A DNA stretch of 64,000 nucleotides from an uncultured Granulosicoccaceae bacterium (GCA_937925815.1 CALAMQ010000025.1:80186-144185), one strand, 5' to 3'. Counted from the stretch's first letter, positions 1-11,184 are shown. A program made the numbers and translations. Notes: generated by a model from the sequence alone, not told the origin.

Positions 1-584
1 TGCTCAATCGCGCGGTGGATGTCTGGCCAGAGTTGCATCATCAAGCGCTGCCCGTCGGATTGGCCTAGCGGCACGTGTTTGACACCGACAAGCACGGTGT
101 TCTCAAGCCAGCCCCACGCCTGCGCGGCTTGCGCGCCGGCGGCGGGGATGCCGAAATGGTGTGCCGCGCACGCAAGGCCTGTGAGCGGCGATTTGCGAAT
201 CAACTCGTCGCGGTCTCGCACGGCCTCGGGGCAGAGCTGCTTCAGCAAGGTGCCGACGGCGCGGGCGCGGGCGCGCTCTTCTTCGCGCAGCTCGTGGGTC
301 TCGCGGCTGGCCAGCGCAAAGGCCGACCAGTGCGCAATCGCGTCTGTGTCTGCCTCGCAGAAAGCCGTGTGCAAGCGGTGTAACAGGGGCAGATCTTGCT
401 GTGCTTGGGGGCCGGCAATCCAGTCCTGGCACCAAGCGCGCAGGCTCTGGACATCGTGCACCCAGCCGGCCTCGATGGCCCACTCCAGTCCCTGGGAATA
501 GCTGTAGGCGCCGACTGGCAAGTTAGCGCTTGAAAACTGCAACAGCGGCCCTATCCAGGGCGCCAGGCTCGATTCAGTGGGCAT
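1..584 (-). CDS. ureF: Urease accessory protein UreF, partial (C-terminus lies beyond the window start)
   Basis: Not in the ORF track because the frame runs off the window edge. Hand translation of the reverse complement from the ATG at 582-584 gives MPTESSLAPWIGPLLQFSSANLPVGAYSYSQGLEWAIEAGWV..., the classic UreF signature. The frame stays open to position 1. The start overlaps the ureE stop. Confidence 0.8.
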   Translation of the reverse strand, partial: MPTESSLAPWIGPLLQFSSANLPVGAYSYSQGLEWAIEAGWVHDVQSLRAWCQDWIAGPQAQQDLPLLHRLHTAFCEADTDAIAHWSAFALASRETHELREEERARARAVGTLLKQLCPEAVRDRDELIRKSPLTGLACAAHHFGIPAAGAQAAQAWGWLENTVLVGVKHVPLGQSDGQRLMMQLWPDIHRAIE

Positions 585-1023
585 GGTGGTGGCCACCACC
601 GTAGGCGCCACTCTCGGGCTCGAAGGCATCCTCAACGTGTTCAATCACGAGTCCAAGCCCGATCAGCATCTCGTCTAGCACGTGGTCGCGGCTGTAGGCC
701 ACACAGTGCTGTGTGATTTGCAGTGGCACGTGTCGATTGCCGAGGTGGTAGCACGCGCGCGCAAACAGCAGCGTGTCGTTGCAGCGAGAGCGTGACAATG
801 ATTCCGTGGCAGCTGTCACACGCACCCGAAGTCCGTCGTCACTTGCCAGCACATCACCTGGGGCTATCGTGGTGCCGCGCGGCAGCACGACGCCAACGTC
901 TCGACCGTCGTCGAGGCTCGCCCGCAGCCTGGAGTGCGTGCGCTGCTGACACGTCAGTGTCAAAGTTGGCATGTCGTCGGGCGCGGCTGCGACGTCAGTG
1001 TTTCGTTTCGTCAGCGTGATCAT
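574..1023 (-). CDS. ureE: Urease accessory protein UreE (nickel metallochaperone) with a His-rich C-terminus
   Basis: Carries ACYHLGNRHVPLQI and a C-terminal GGGHHHAH tail. It matches the full length of enterobacterial UreE. Confidence 0.9.
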   Translation of the reverse strand: MITLTKRNTDVAAAPDDMPTLTLTCQQRTHSRLRASLDDGRDVGVVLPRGTTIAPGDVLASDDGLRVRVTAATESLSRSRCNDTLLFARACYHLGNRHVPLQITQHCVAYSRDHVLDEMLIGLGLVIEHVEDAFEPESGAYGGGHHHAH

Positions 1024-1025
1024 CG

Positions 1026-2715
<1,690 letters not shown>

Positions 2716-2723
<8 letters not shown>

Positions 2724-3363
2724 TGCTGGAGTCTCCGTTGTCGAGTGCACCCTGGACCTGTCCGCGAAATCCGTACACCTTGCGTGCACCACCGTAGGGC
2801 ACAAGCGTCACATCGCGGGATTGACCCGGCTCGAAGCGAACAGCCGTGCCGGCGGGGATGTCCAAGCGCCAGCCACGGGTTGCCGCGCGGTCGAATTCCA
2901 GCGCCGAATTGGTCTCGAAAAAGTGGTAGTGCGAGCCCACCTGAATGGGTCGATCACCGGTGTTTGAGACCGTCACTTGGCGCGTCTCGCGGCCGGCGTT
3001 GAGTTGGATCGTGCCCTCAGCGCACTCGATGGCGCCCGGTGCGTGGCTGTCAATCGGTGGTGGCCCAACCGGTTGGTGCACGGTGACGAGCTTGGTCCCG
3101 TCTGGGAAGGTCGCCTCGACCTGCACTTCGTCGAGCAACGCGACCACGCCGTCCATGACTTGCTCGGGCGTGAGCAACTCGCGACCGCGTGCCATGAGTT
3201 CGGCCACACTCGCGCCATCGCGCGCGCCTTCAATGATCGCCAGACTCAAATACGCGACGGCTTCGGGGTAGTTCAGTGTGCAGCCGCGTGCGAGCCGTCG
3301 CTCGGCGAGCTGCGCCGCGCTGAACAGCAGTAATTTGTCTTTCTCGCGGGGCGTCAATTCCAT
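2716..3363 (-). CDS. ureAB: Urease gamma-beta fusion subunit (UreA-UreB fused, 215 aa)
   Basis: The N-terminal 100 aa ([27 protein letters not shown]...VTVHQP) is UreA. The C-terminal part ([41 protein letters not shown]...VRFEPGQ) is UreB. It is one uninterrupted ORF. Confidence 0.9.
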
Positions 3364-3372
3364 GTCTTTGTC

Positions 3373-4239
3373 TCAGGTTGACCAGATGCGTGGCGCTGTC
3401 GCTGCGCTGCCGACCACCTGTGGACGCAGCGCGCGCCACAGGGATTCTGATATGTCCCGCCACGCTTGACCATCGTCGCCGAGATAGCGCGCGATGAGCA
3501 AGCCCTCGACGCAGGTGAGCACGGTGTCTGGGTTGCTGATGTCGGCGCGCAACGCATCGCAATCCACAGCGTCAAATGGGGTGGCGATCAAGGTGCCGGA
3601 GTAGGCATGTCCACGCATGCCAGCGGTGGTGTTGAGCCAAGTTGGTGCATCGATAACGGTGTTCTCGAACCAAATTGGTGCACCGTCACGGTGGATCTCG
3701 GTGCGCCAGCGCGCGTACCCGGCTGTGAACTGTTCCCGTGCGCTGGGCCGTCCAAAGCAATGCGTCTCGCGAAAGATCAAGCGGGATTTCGGCGACAACA
3801 TGATCCGCGTTTGGCCGCGCGATTGCGCGCCGTTGAAGTGGATGGTCTCGTGCGGCAAGTATTCGAGGCAGCCGTCGTCTTCAATGTCCAGTTGCAGTCG
3901 CACCTTGGCTTCAAAGCCGGCGCTGCGGTAGACGAGGGTCGCACCAGGAGTGAGCAGCTGCGCCTGGGCGCCGGCTTTGACCTGCGCGTTAACGGTTAAA
4001 CGGTCACCGCCGACGATGCCCGCAGGGGGGTGCAACAGGTGGACTTGGCAGCGCGCGCCCTCGGGGTAGAGTGGGCGCTGTACGCGAAGCGGTCCATCGT
4101 GCGCGTGTTTGAGAACGGTGCGACCGCGCTCTTTAGTGAATGCGAGATCGAGCGTGGCGTGCCAATCACTGGCGTCCTCTCGTGCTGCGGTCGCGGGTGG
4201 TGGCGTCGAGGCGGCGGGGTGAACTTGGGGCGAGTGCAT
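3373..4239 (-). CDS. ureD: Urease accessory protein UreD/UreH
   Basis: Contains WHATLDLAFTKERGRTVL...RPLYPEG...VHLLHPPAGIVGGDRL, a UreD signature. The start is uncertain: the ORF extends to 4329, and I chose the Met at 4239 (MHSPQVH). Confidence 0.8.
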   Translation of the reverse strand: MHSPQVHPAASTPPPATAAREDASDWHATLDLAFTKERGRTVLKHAHDGPLRVQRPLYPEGARCQVHLLHPPAGIVGGDRLTVNAQVKAGAQAQLLTPGATLVYRSAGFEAKVRLQLDIEDDGCLEYLPHETIHFNGAQSRGQTRIMLSPKSRLIFRETHCFGRPSAREQFTAGYARWRTEIHRDGAPIWFENTVIDAPTWLNTTAGMRGHAYSGTLIATPFDAVDCDALRADISNPDTVLTCVEGLLIARYLGDDGQAWRDISESLWRALRPQVVGSAATAPRIWST

Positions 4240-4555
4240 GGCTTGGGGCGTGCGCAATAGGCTTGAGGCAATGGTACCTGACGCGCGATTGAGCGGGGTT
4301 TGTTGTCGGCACCGTTGAATGGCTCGCAATCTCGTTGGGTGTCGTCAGTGTCTCCGAGTGGTCTCGGGCCACTTTAGGTGGACATCGTCCGGGCTTGCAA
4401 TAAAATCGGATTGTGAGTTGCGAGCCTATGGGCTTGCAAGGTGTCGTGTGGGTCGGGATCTTCTGGGTCCGTGGGTGGTCTAGAGTGTCCAGGCTCGCGG
4501 CGAGATTGGGCGGACGTACCGATGATGCTACGCCCGGCGCACCGCGCAAGATAGA

Positions 4556-4921
4556 ATGGCGCCGCACTGGTTGCCAAGCCATCAGGAGATTGTCACCGTG
4601 AACACAAGCGAATCAGGCCAGACGGCGATGTCACCGGTACTGCAGTTTTTTTTGCTGCTCTGGCCGATTGTGTTCACCTGCTTCTACTTTATCTACGCGG
4701 TGCTCGGGCTCGCTGTCTCCGGTGATGACTTGCTCTATTGGCAAGCGGAGTCACGCAGTGTGGCGGGGATAGTCGCACCGGGCATTTTGATGTTTGTCAC
4801 GGCCTGCTTGCTCTACGTGGCGTGGCGAAGATTGGGGTTACACCACCCAGTCGCCGTGTCCTCATTGATCCACGGCATCATCTGTGTGGCACTGACTGCG
4901 TTGATATTCGCGTTCAGCTGA
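4556..4921 (+). CDS. Hypothetical small integral membrane protein (3-4 predicted TM helices)
   Basis: Hydrophobic ORF (LQFFLLLWPIVFTCFYFIYAVLGLAV...) with no recognisable family. The start may be the internal Met near 4628. Confidence 0.4.
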   Translation: MAPHWLPSHQEIVTVNTSESGQTAMSPVLQFFLLLWPIVFTCFYFIYAVLGLAVSGDDLLYWQAESRSVAGIVAPGILMFVTACLLYVAWRRLGLHHPVAVSSLIHGIICVALTALIFAFS

Positions 4922-6134
4922 TGTCCCTGACAGCCTCAATGCGTGCGTGCCGTATGAGGGCTTGTCGCTGGTCTGCGGGAGTGTCCCGAAGCAACGCGCC
5001 AGCGTCGACTGCGCGCATGGCTGCGACTGCAGCGCGCAGCCGCTTGGCCTGCGGGTAAGGCGCGGCCATTGCGCTCGCGTCACCGCGTTCTGTGGCTTGG
5101 TAAACCAACAAGACGTCGTCGAATCTCGCCGCGCGCCGAATGGCGTCGAGCGCGGTGAGGGCGTCGACGAGCTCGACCGCTGACAGCGAGTCGGCCCGCT
5201 GACAAGTGTGCCTGTGACGCGCGCTGATCAGCGCGAGCTCACGCCACGCTTTTGGCACTTTGAGCCGCGCACAGCTCGTCTCGATCATGGACTCGCCATT
5301 GGACTCGCCGTTTTGGCTTGAATGTTCTTTTGCGCCGGTTGCCTTCCCATTCGGCGCTGGGTTGCTTTCTAGGCCCTGACAGAGCGTGGCAAAGCGGGCT
5401 GCGACACTCGCCCCGAGCGCGCATGCGCGGGTCAGTGCCTGCAGCGCCAATTCGCTTGCAGTGGTCGATTCTGCCGCCGTGTTGCTCTCGCCAAACAGGC
5501 TGTCGAGTTCGGGCCACACGCGAGCAAGCGCGTCACAATCTCGCAAGGTGTCAAAAAACACGTGTGGTGAATCGGTCGCAAGTGCCTTGGCCATTTCCTG
5601 CTGCACGCGCTCGGCTGGCAAGGTGGCGAGTTCACCGCTGCTCGCCATTTTCTGCATTAATGTCAGGGTCTGCGGCGCCACCCGAAATCCAAATGGTGCC
5701 AGTCGGGCGGCGAAACGGGCCACGCGCAGCACGCGAAGTGGGTCATCTTCAAATGCCGGTGAGACATGGCGCAAGACACGCGAGCGCAGGTCGTGATCGC
5801 CACCCCAGGGGTCGATCAATTGGCCGCTGCTGTCCTGGGCCATGGCGTTGATGGTGAGGTCGCGCCGCGAGAGGTCTTGATCTAGAGTGACATGTGTCCC
5901 GGCGTCGATATCGAACCCGTGGTGGCCGCGACCGGCTTTGCGCTCGGTGCGCGCGAGCGCGAACTCCTCGTTGGTTTCGGGGTGCAGGAAGACCGGGAAG
6001 TCCTTGCCGACTTGACGGTAGCCCGCGGCCAGCATGTCGTCCGGCGTTGCGCCGACGACAACCCAATCTCGGTCTGCGACCTCCAGACCCAATGCACTGT
6101 CGCGTACCGCGCCGCCAACCAAATACGATTTCAT
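4914..6134 (-). CDS. cca: tRNA nucleotidyltransferase (CCA-adding enzyme)
   Basis: Starts MKSYLVGGAVRDSALGL...DRDWVVVGATP, then RRDLTINAMA and an HD domain. Length 406 aa. Confidence 0.9.
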   Translation of the reverse strand: MKSYLVGGAVRDSALGLEVADRDWVVVGATPDDMLAAGYRQVGKDFPVFLHPETNEEFALARTERKAGRGHHGFDIDAGTHVTLDQDLSRRDLTINAMAQDSSGQLIDPWGGDHDLRSRVLRHVSPAFEDDPLRVLRVARFAARLAPFGFRVAPQTLTLMQKMASSGELATLPAERVQQEMAKALATDSPHVFFDTLRDCDALARVWPELDSLFGESNTAAESTTASELALQALTRACALGASVAARFATLCQGLESNPAPNGKATGAKEHSSQNGESNGESMIETSCARLKVPKAWRELALISARHRHTCQRADSLSAVELVDALTALDAIRRAARFDDVLLVYQATERGDASAMAAPYPQAKRLRAAVAAMRAVDAGALLRDTPADQRQALIRHARIEAVRDIS

Positions 6135-6148
6135 ATGAGAAGTGTGAC

Positions 6149-7219
6149 GTGCCGCTGTTGAAACTGTCCAGCCTGAGGGGCGCCGCGTTGCTCAGCGTCC
6201 TGCTGCTTAGTGGCTGCAGTCACTTGGGCTTCTATGCCCAGGCGGTTCACGGTCACGTGGCACTGATGCGCGCGCGCGTACCTATCGACGCGGCGATTGC
6301 CGACCCTGCAGTGAGTTCGCAGACCAAACGTCTGCTCAACCTCGCCGCTGAGGCACGGCGCTACGCGCACTCGTCTCTGTCCCTGCCAGACAATGGCAGC
6401 TACACCGCTTGGGTCGCGCTCGACCGGCCGGCTGTGACTTGGAATGTGGTGGCGACGCCGGCTCATTCGCTTGTGCCCGAACGCTGGTGTTTCCCGGTTG
6501 CCGGCTGTTTGAGTTACCGCGGGTATTTTGAGCGCGAGCGGGCCGAGCGCTTCGCCGAACGCTTGGCTGAACAGGGACTCGACGTCGCGGTGAACGGCGC
6601 CTCGGCTTACTCAAGTTTGGGTTGGTTCAGGGACCCCGTGGTCAGCACCATGTTTCGCGGCGGTGATGTGGCCTTGGTCGGCGTGGTGTTCCACGAATTG
6701 GCGCACCAGCAGCTCTATGTCAGCGACGACAGCAGTTTCAATGAGTCTTTTGCCACCTTTGTCGAGATGGCAGGCGTTGAGCGCTGGCTCAGTGAGAGCG
6801 GTCGAGCGCAGCGCATTGAACCCTGGCGCCGCCAGCGTGCGCGCCGAAGTGAGTTCATTGACCTGCTCACCGAGAGCCGACAGCGGTTGTCGGCGGTCTA
6901 CGCCGCCGGTGGTGACACTGCTGAACTGGACGCGGCAAAACAGGCGGAGTTGCAGCGGCTCAATCAGGCTTACAGCGAATTGAAATCATCTTGGGGCGGA
7001 TACTCTGGCTACGATGGCTGGTTTGCCCGCCCGGTCAACAACGCGCGTTTGGCAGGCGTTGGCACCTACACTCAATGGGTGGGCGCGTTCGCCGAGTTGT
7101 ACGCGCAATCCGGGCAAGACTTCGCGCGTTTTTATGACGCCGCGGCTGCGCTCGGGTCGTTGCCACCCGACCAGCGGCATGCACGGCTGGTTTCCCTGTC
7201 GCCGTCGCAAGGCTTGTAG
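6149..7219 (+). CDS. Predicted zinc aminopeptidase lipoprotein (COG4324-like, HExxH)
   Basis: Has a lipobox (LLLSGCSH) and GVVFHELAHQQLY. The ORF-track start at 5894 overlaps cca by 240 bp. I place the start at the GTG at 6149, just after the cca start. Confidence 0.55.
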   Translation: MPLLKLSSLRGAALLSVLLLSGCSHLGFYAQAVHGHVALMRARVPIDAAIADPAVSSQTKRLLNLAAEARRYAHSSLSLPDNGSYTAWVALDRPAVTWNVVATPAHSLVPERWCFPVAGCLSYRGYFERERAERFAERLAEQGLDVAVNGASAYSSLGWFRDPVVSTMFRGGDVALVGVVFHELAHQQLYVSDDSSFNESFATFVEMAGVERWLSESGRAQRIEPWRRQRARRSEFIDLLTESRQRLSAVYAAGGDTAELDAAKQAELQRLNQAYSELKSSWGGYSGYDGWFARPVNNARLAGVGTYTQWVGAFAELYAQSGQDFARFYDAAAALGSLPPDQRHARLVSLSPSQGL

Positions 7220-7222
7220 AAC

Positions 7223-7759
7223 ATGACCTCCTGTCAGAGCGTACTCATTGTTTCTGATACCCACGGGCAGCTGCACGACGGTATTGCACGCCTGTCTGAA
7301 GGGGCTGATTGGGTCGTGCATTGTGGCGATATTGGTGACGCGAATGTGTTGGCGAGACTGCAACCTCGCAATCGGGTGATCGCGGTATTTGGCAACAACG
7401 ACGCGCCATCGCGCGTGGGGCATGAAGACAGCCTGTTGTTTGACAGTTTGCCCGAGTCCGCCGAGCTCGAGCTGCCGGGTGGCGTGTTGGCCGTGGTGCA
7501 CGGCCACCGACATAACCCCGCAAGCAAACGACACGTGTTGTTACGGCGGCGATTCCCCGCCGCGCGCGCGGTCGCCTACGGTCACAGCCACAAGTGCTTA
7601 GTCGATCAGTGCGAGCAGCCTCTGATTGTCAACCCCGGCGCGGCTGGACGCGATCGAACCTACGGTGGACCCTCGTGTTTGATGCTGCACGCAGCGGCCG
7701 ACAACTGGTTTTTCAGTGCGCATCGGTTCTCACTGAAACGTGCGCGCTATGCGCCTTGA
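7223..7759 (+). CDS. YfcE/MJ0936-family metallophosphoesterase
   Basis: Contains LIVSDTHGQ, GDIGD, VFGNND and VVHGHRH metal-binding motifs. Confidence 0.8.
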   Translation: MTSCQSVLIVSDTHGQLHDGIARLSEGADWVVHCGDIGDANVLARLQPRNRVIAVFGNNDAPSRVGHEDSLLFDSLPESAELELPGGVLAVVHGHRHNPASKRHVLLRRRFPAARAVAYGHSHKCLVDQCEQPLIVNPGAAGRDRTYGGPSCLMLHAAADNWFFSAHRFSLKRARYAP

Positions 7760-7798
7760 TTGCAAGCCCACTCTTGCGTGTGCGGACTGCACCTCGAG

Positions 7799-7879
7799 CT
7801 AGACAGTGTCTAGTGTGGTCAATTCTTGTAGACAGGCCGTAAACAAGAGGTCTATAAGGGTGTAGGGTGGGGTCTAGCC
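7799..7879. promoter_or_regulatory. Array of four TAGAC/GTCTA half-site motifs, including the near-palindrome CTAGACAgTGTCTAG; candidate operator upstream of the histidine kinase gene
   Basis: Seen directly: CTAGACAGTGTCTAG at 7799-7813, GTAGACAGG at 7828-7836, GGTCTATAAG at 7849-7858, GGTCTAGCC at 7871-7879. Confidence 0.35.
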
Positions 7880-7999
7880 TTTTACAAGGCACGTTCGTCA
7901 AGAAGTTGCGAGGAGCCGTGCATGGAAATCGAACTCGGCCACAGGGTGAGAAGCGGTGGCGTCTCAATTCGGCTGCTCGGGCAGCAGTTGGGGCAAACG

Positions 8000-9283
8000 A
8001 TGCGCTCACGCGTCCCCATCATGCTTGCATTGTCTTTGCTAATTGGTAGCAGTGTCGGGTCTTGCAACAGCTACAGACACTGGCGAGTTGCCGTTGATGA
8101 AACAGCTCAGACACTCGCCGATGCATCTGTATTACTTGATTCAATGGCGGGTTCAAATGCCAATTCGAGCACATACCAATCGGTGCTTGAAGCCGTTGCG
8201 ACCGGCGCAAATTTGGACAAGCTTTCATACCAGCGCGGTGATCGTCGTTGGGATGCCTTTGCGAATCCAGCCGTAGCCACGGTGATAGACAACACGTCGA
8301 TGCAGATAGCGCACGGCAATCGCAGTATCAATGGCATGCTGGTCACAGAAGTTCCCAAGTATCACGTCATGCGCATCGACTTGCTGGCTGCGCTTGGCGT
8401 GGCTTTGGCGGTGTATTTGGCCTTGTCATTCGCACCTTGTTTAATCTCAAATCGCAGTAGATCACGCAACCGAGTCAAACCTTGGCGTTTGTTGGCAGAG
8501 GATGTCGACGATGATGCAGCTTGGAATGCGCTGCATTTGCGTGAGGCGCACGCAAATCAATTGCATGACACCGCGGAACGGGTACGCCGCGCCGAGCGAT
8601 TACTGACCATGCGCCACTTGGTTGAGAAAGTCAGTCACGAGTTGCGCAACCCGCTGGCCGCCATGCAGGCAACACTGTCTCGTATGGCACTGGAATCTGG
8701 GGAACACAGTGAGCGTGAAAGTGGCATGCGATTGCGCCTTGAGCGTCACATGGCACAAGTGGTCTTTGCGTTGGGTGAACTGCAAACTTTCGGCAATGCT
8801 TACCAGCACCAAGATGATCTTCTCGACGTTGCCAAGCAACTGATCGCGAATGCGCACACTGATTTGTCAGACACCCGAATCGTGGTGCGAGCGCCTGCTG
8901 CTGAGCGTTGCAGAATCTACGTCGATGCAGAGCGCTTCAATGCCACTATTGCCCAATTGCTGGACAACGCGCTGCTTGCTGTTGAAGCGCGTCGAAAACG
9001 TGAGCCCGGGTTGCGCGGTGACATCGTGCTGCACACGTGGCAGCGCGGCGAGCGCGTTGTGATCGCGGTTGACGACAACGGCACGGGTGTCAGCGCGCGC
9101 GCGCGCGAACGATTATTTGACCCTTTCTTTACAACCCGTGCCGACCGATTTGGTCTTGGATTGGCGCTAATTAAACAATTCGCTGAGCACTACGGCGGTA
9201 GCGTGAGAGCGGTGAACAAAAAAGTGGGTTGCCGGATAGAACTCATTTTACCGAGCGCTGGCCGAGCTGACGACAACGCCTAG
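8000..9283 (+). CDS. Orphan sensor histidine kinase with a predicted periplasmic sensor domain
   Basis: H-box VSHELRNPLAAMQATLS and an HATPase_c region (DDNGTGV...FDPFFTTR...GLGLALIKQ). The N-terminus has a signal/TM segment and a second TM near residue 140. No response regulator is adjacent. The start could be 7922 or 8000. Confidence 0.8.
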   Translation: MRSRVPIMLALSLLIGSSVGSCNSYRHWRVAVDETAQTLADASVLLDSMAGSNANSSTYQSVLEAVATGANLDKLSYQRGDRRWDAFANPAVATVIDNTSMQIAHGNRSINGMLVTEVPKYHVMRIDLLAALGVALAVYLALSFAPCLISNRSRSRNRVKPWRLLAEDVDDDAAWNALHLREAHANQLHDTAERVRRAERLLTMRHLVEKVSHELRNPLAAMQATLSRMALESGEHSERESGMRLRLERHMAQVVFALGELQTFGNAYQHQDDLLDVAKQLIANAHTDLSDTRIVVRAPAAERCRIYVDAERFNATIAQLLDNALLAVEARRKREPGLRGDIVLHTWQRGERVVIAVDDNGTGVSARARERLFDPFFTTRADRFGLGLALIKQFAEHYGGSVRAVNKKVGCRIELILPSAGRADDNA

Positions 9284-9355
9284 TCACCGGTCCGCGATAG
9301 GCTCCGTGAATCTGTTGTGAGCAAGCGGAATGGCCCTTTGAGGTCACGAGTTGCG

Positions 9356-10555
9356 TCAGAATTTCATCAGGCGCAGCACTGGCCCACGACTGTAGTCCAG
9401 GGCATTGAGATCCACGGTGTACGACTTGCCGCGAACGGTGGCGGTCAAGCTGTCGGCGCCGACCGGGACGGCCACACGGTAGAGGTCAAAGCGCGCAGGC
9501 AAGCTGTACCAACCGCGGGTGTCGGCTACCTCTGAGACAAACAGTGCGATGGCGAGCAATTGCGCACCCAGTTCATCCTTCGCCCTGAGTTCTTTGGCGA
9601 GATTGTGTTTGGCGCTCAGTCGTAGGCTTTGGCGCGCGAGCAATGCGCCTGCACGCGCATCGAGGGACTGTCGAAGCAGTTGGTTTATATTTGTGCTTGC
9701 ACGCTCATGCGCGGGCGTCTTGCCGTTGGCCAGTTGCAAGCTCAGCGCCGGCGTTGGCGCGTCGACTGGACGGTAGGCGGGAAAGGCGATCTGCCAGGCC
9801 AGCCCATTGTTCAAGTGGCTCGAGTACTTTGTTGACACTTGCCCGGTTGCCACCGCCAGAACGAGTTCGCCTCTGGCTGAGGCCAGCGCATTGTTTAGTG
9901 CGCTGGGTGCGAGTGTGTCGGCGTCACTGCTGCCAAGTTGCTGTGCCAACCGCGCCGCGGTGGCCGGCCACGTGCCCGCGGGCAGTGCGCGCGCAGAGAC
10001 GTAGGCATCGTTGGTCTGTCCGGCCATCTCGAAGCTGAGCGCCATGAGTGCGCGTGTGAAGGTTGCACTGTCCAATGTGTCTTCGTGCTCACGCAGGCGT
10101 TTGCCCGCGCGGCGCGCCTCCACTGCGGCGCTCTCCGCCTGACCCGACAGTAAAAAACCAAGCATGGCATGACTGTGTGCGAGCAGTTGTTCGGCGTACT
10201 CGCCGGTGTACCGCGTCGTCGCTTCACTTGTGACCAAAGCGCGGGCTTCATCGCGCAAGCTGATGCGGTCTTCGGCGTCGATGTAGTCGGCGGCCGAGAC
10301 GAATTGTCTGGCAGCAGCGCTGCTCTGACCGTCGAACAATTCAAGCGTGCCTTGTTCGAGCAATAACAGCAGTTGATCGCGCTCCGGGATCGTGTCTTGC
10401 GCGCTGATCAGCACTGACAGACCTGCGGCGGAATCCCCGGCGTGGTGCAGCGCGCGGGCCTGATCAAAGGCCGGTGTGGCGCAGCCCGACACCAACACGG
10501 TCAAAGCCGCGCAGGCGAGGAGCCTGCCGCGGCCAAGGCTGGCCAGCATCACCAA
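9356..10555 (-). CDS. Hypothetical helical lipoprotein (399 aa), in an operon downstream of the LpoB-like gene
   Basis: Lipobox LTVLVSGCATP. The rest is Ala/Leu-rich helical repeats. Its start overlaps the LpoB-like stop. Confidence 0.5.
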   Translation of the reverse strand: MVMLASLGRGRLLACAALTVLVSGCATPAFDQARALHHAGDSAAGLSVLISAQDTIPERDQLLLLLEQGTLELFDGQSSAAARQFVSAADYIDAEDRISLRDEARALVTSEATTRYTGEYAEQLLAHSHAMLGFLLSGQAESAAVEARRAGKRLREHEDTLDSATFTRALMALSFEMAGQTNDAYVSARALPAGTWPATAARLAQQLGSSDADTLAPSALNNALASARGELVLAVATGQVSTKYSSHLNNGLAWQIAFPAYRPVDAPTPALSLQLANGKTPAHERASTNINQLLRQSLDARAGALLARQSLRLSAKHNLAKELRAKDELGAQLLAIALFVSEVADTRGWYSLPARFDLYRVAVPVGADSLTATVRGKSYTVDLNALDYSRGPVLRLMKF

Positions 10556-11184
10556 CCGATGATGGGCTGCGACGACTCGCGTGCGATCTCAGCCTTGTCT
10601 GCCCAGCGTATCTCGCCAGTTTGGATATCGGTCATTTCGAGATTCAAGCTGTAGTAGACGAGTTTCTTACGGTTCAAACGCCATTGCTTGGGCTGTTCTT
10701 TTTCAATCGACCGCAAGCTGCCAGCGAGAATGAACTGCGCGCCCAACTTGCGGGCGCTGGCGACGCGCTGCGCGGCCGCGCCCTGTTCTTGGAGCTCGGC
10801 TTTGAGATTGGCGCGTTGCTCGCGGCTGATGAAACGGTAGCGGCCAGATTGCAGCAGCGCGATGCGGATGTCGTCGGTGATGCCGCTGGTGCTGATGTGC
10901 TCGCTGGTTTCATTGACGACGTCGTAGACCACCATGATCGGCGCTTGGTCTGCGCTGTAGGCTGCGCGGTTGAGCAGGCTGTCGGTGAGGTCTTTGACGA
11001 TCGCATTTTTGTCAGAAAAGCTGTACTGCGCGTCGTATTGGATGTCACTGCCGGGATCAATGGCGCGCGTGGTGGCAGCGCAGCCGGCGAGTGCGAGTGA
11101 GGCGAACGCCGCAGCCAGGGCGAGAGAACGCGAGAGTGAGCGAAACATGGCAGCTTCTCCTTGTGGGGCGAGTGTGTGGTTCAA
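10549..11184 (-). CDS. LpoB-like outer-membrane lipoprotein (COG3417, penicillin-binding protein activator LpoB family)
   Basis: Lipobox LALAGCAA. The C-terminal IMVVYDVVNETSE...ILAGSL...LNLEMTDIQTGEIRWADKAEIARE parallels E. coli LpoB (...LQMQLMLVQTGEIIWSGKGAVSQQ). Confidence 0.65.
   Translation of the reverse strand: MNHTLAPQGEAAMFRSLSRSLALAAAFASLALAGCAATTRAIDPGSDIQYDAQYSFSDKNAIVKDLTDSLLNRAAYSADQAPIMVVYDVVNETSEHISTSGITDDIRIALLQSGRYRFISREQRANLKAELQEQGAAAQRVASARKLGAQFILAGSLRSIEKEQPKQWRLNRKKLVYYSLNLEMTDIQTGEIRWADKAEIARESSQPIIGW

Noticed and set aside
19-501. ORF-track frames 19-501(+), 75-383(+), 103-483(-) and 242-454(-) at the window start.
   Set aside because: All are Arg/Ala/Pro-rich low-complexity translations. 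A different minus-strand frame encodes a clean UreF, with the start overlapping ureE. These frames are spurious.
2724-2804. N-terminal extension of ureC in the ORF track ([27 protein letters not shown]...).
   Set aside because: Canonical UreC begins at MAELDRRAY. The extension would overlap the last 30 codons of ureAB and has no homology.
5894-6134. The ORF-track 441-aa reading frame starts at 5894 and overlaps the cca gene by 240 bp on the opposite strand.
   Set aside because: The overlapping N-terminal 85 aa are Arg/Pro-rich nonsense typical of high-GC antisense frames. The recognisable protein (a lipobox signal peptide then a HExxH domain) begins at the GTG at 6149, just past the cca start. 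I treat the overlap as an ORF-calling artefact.
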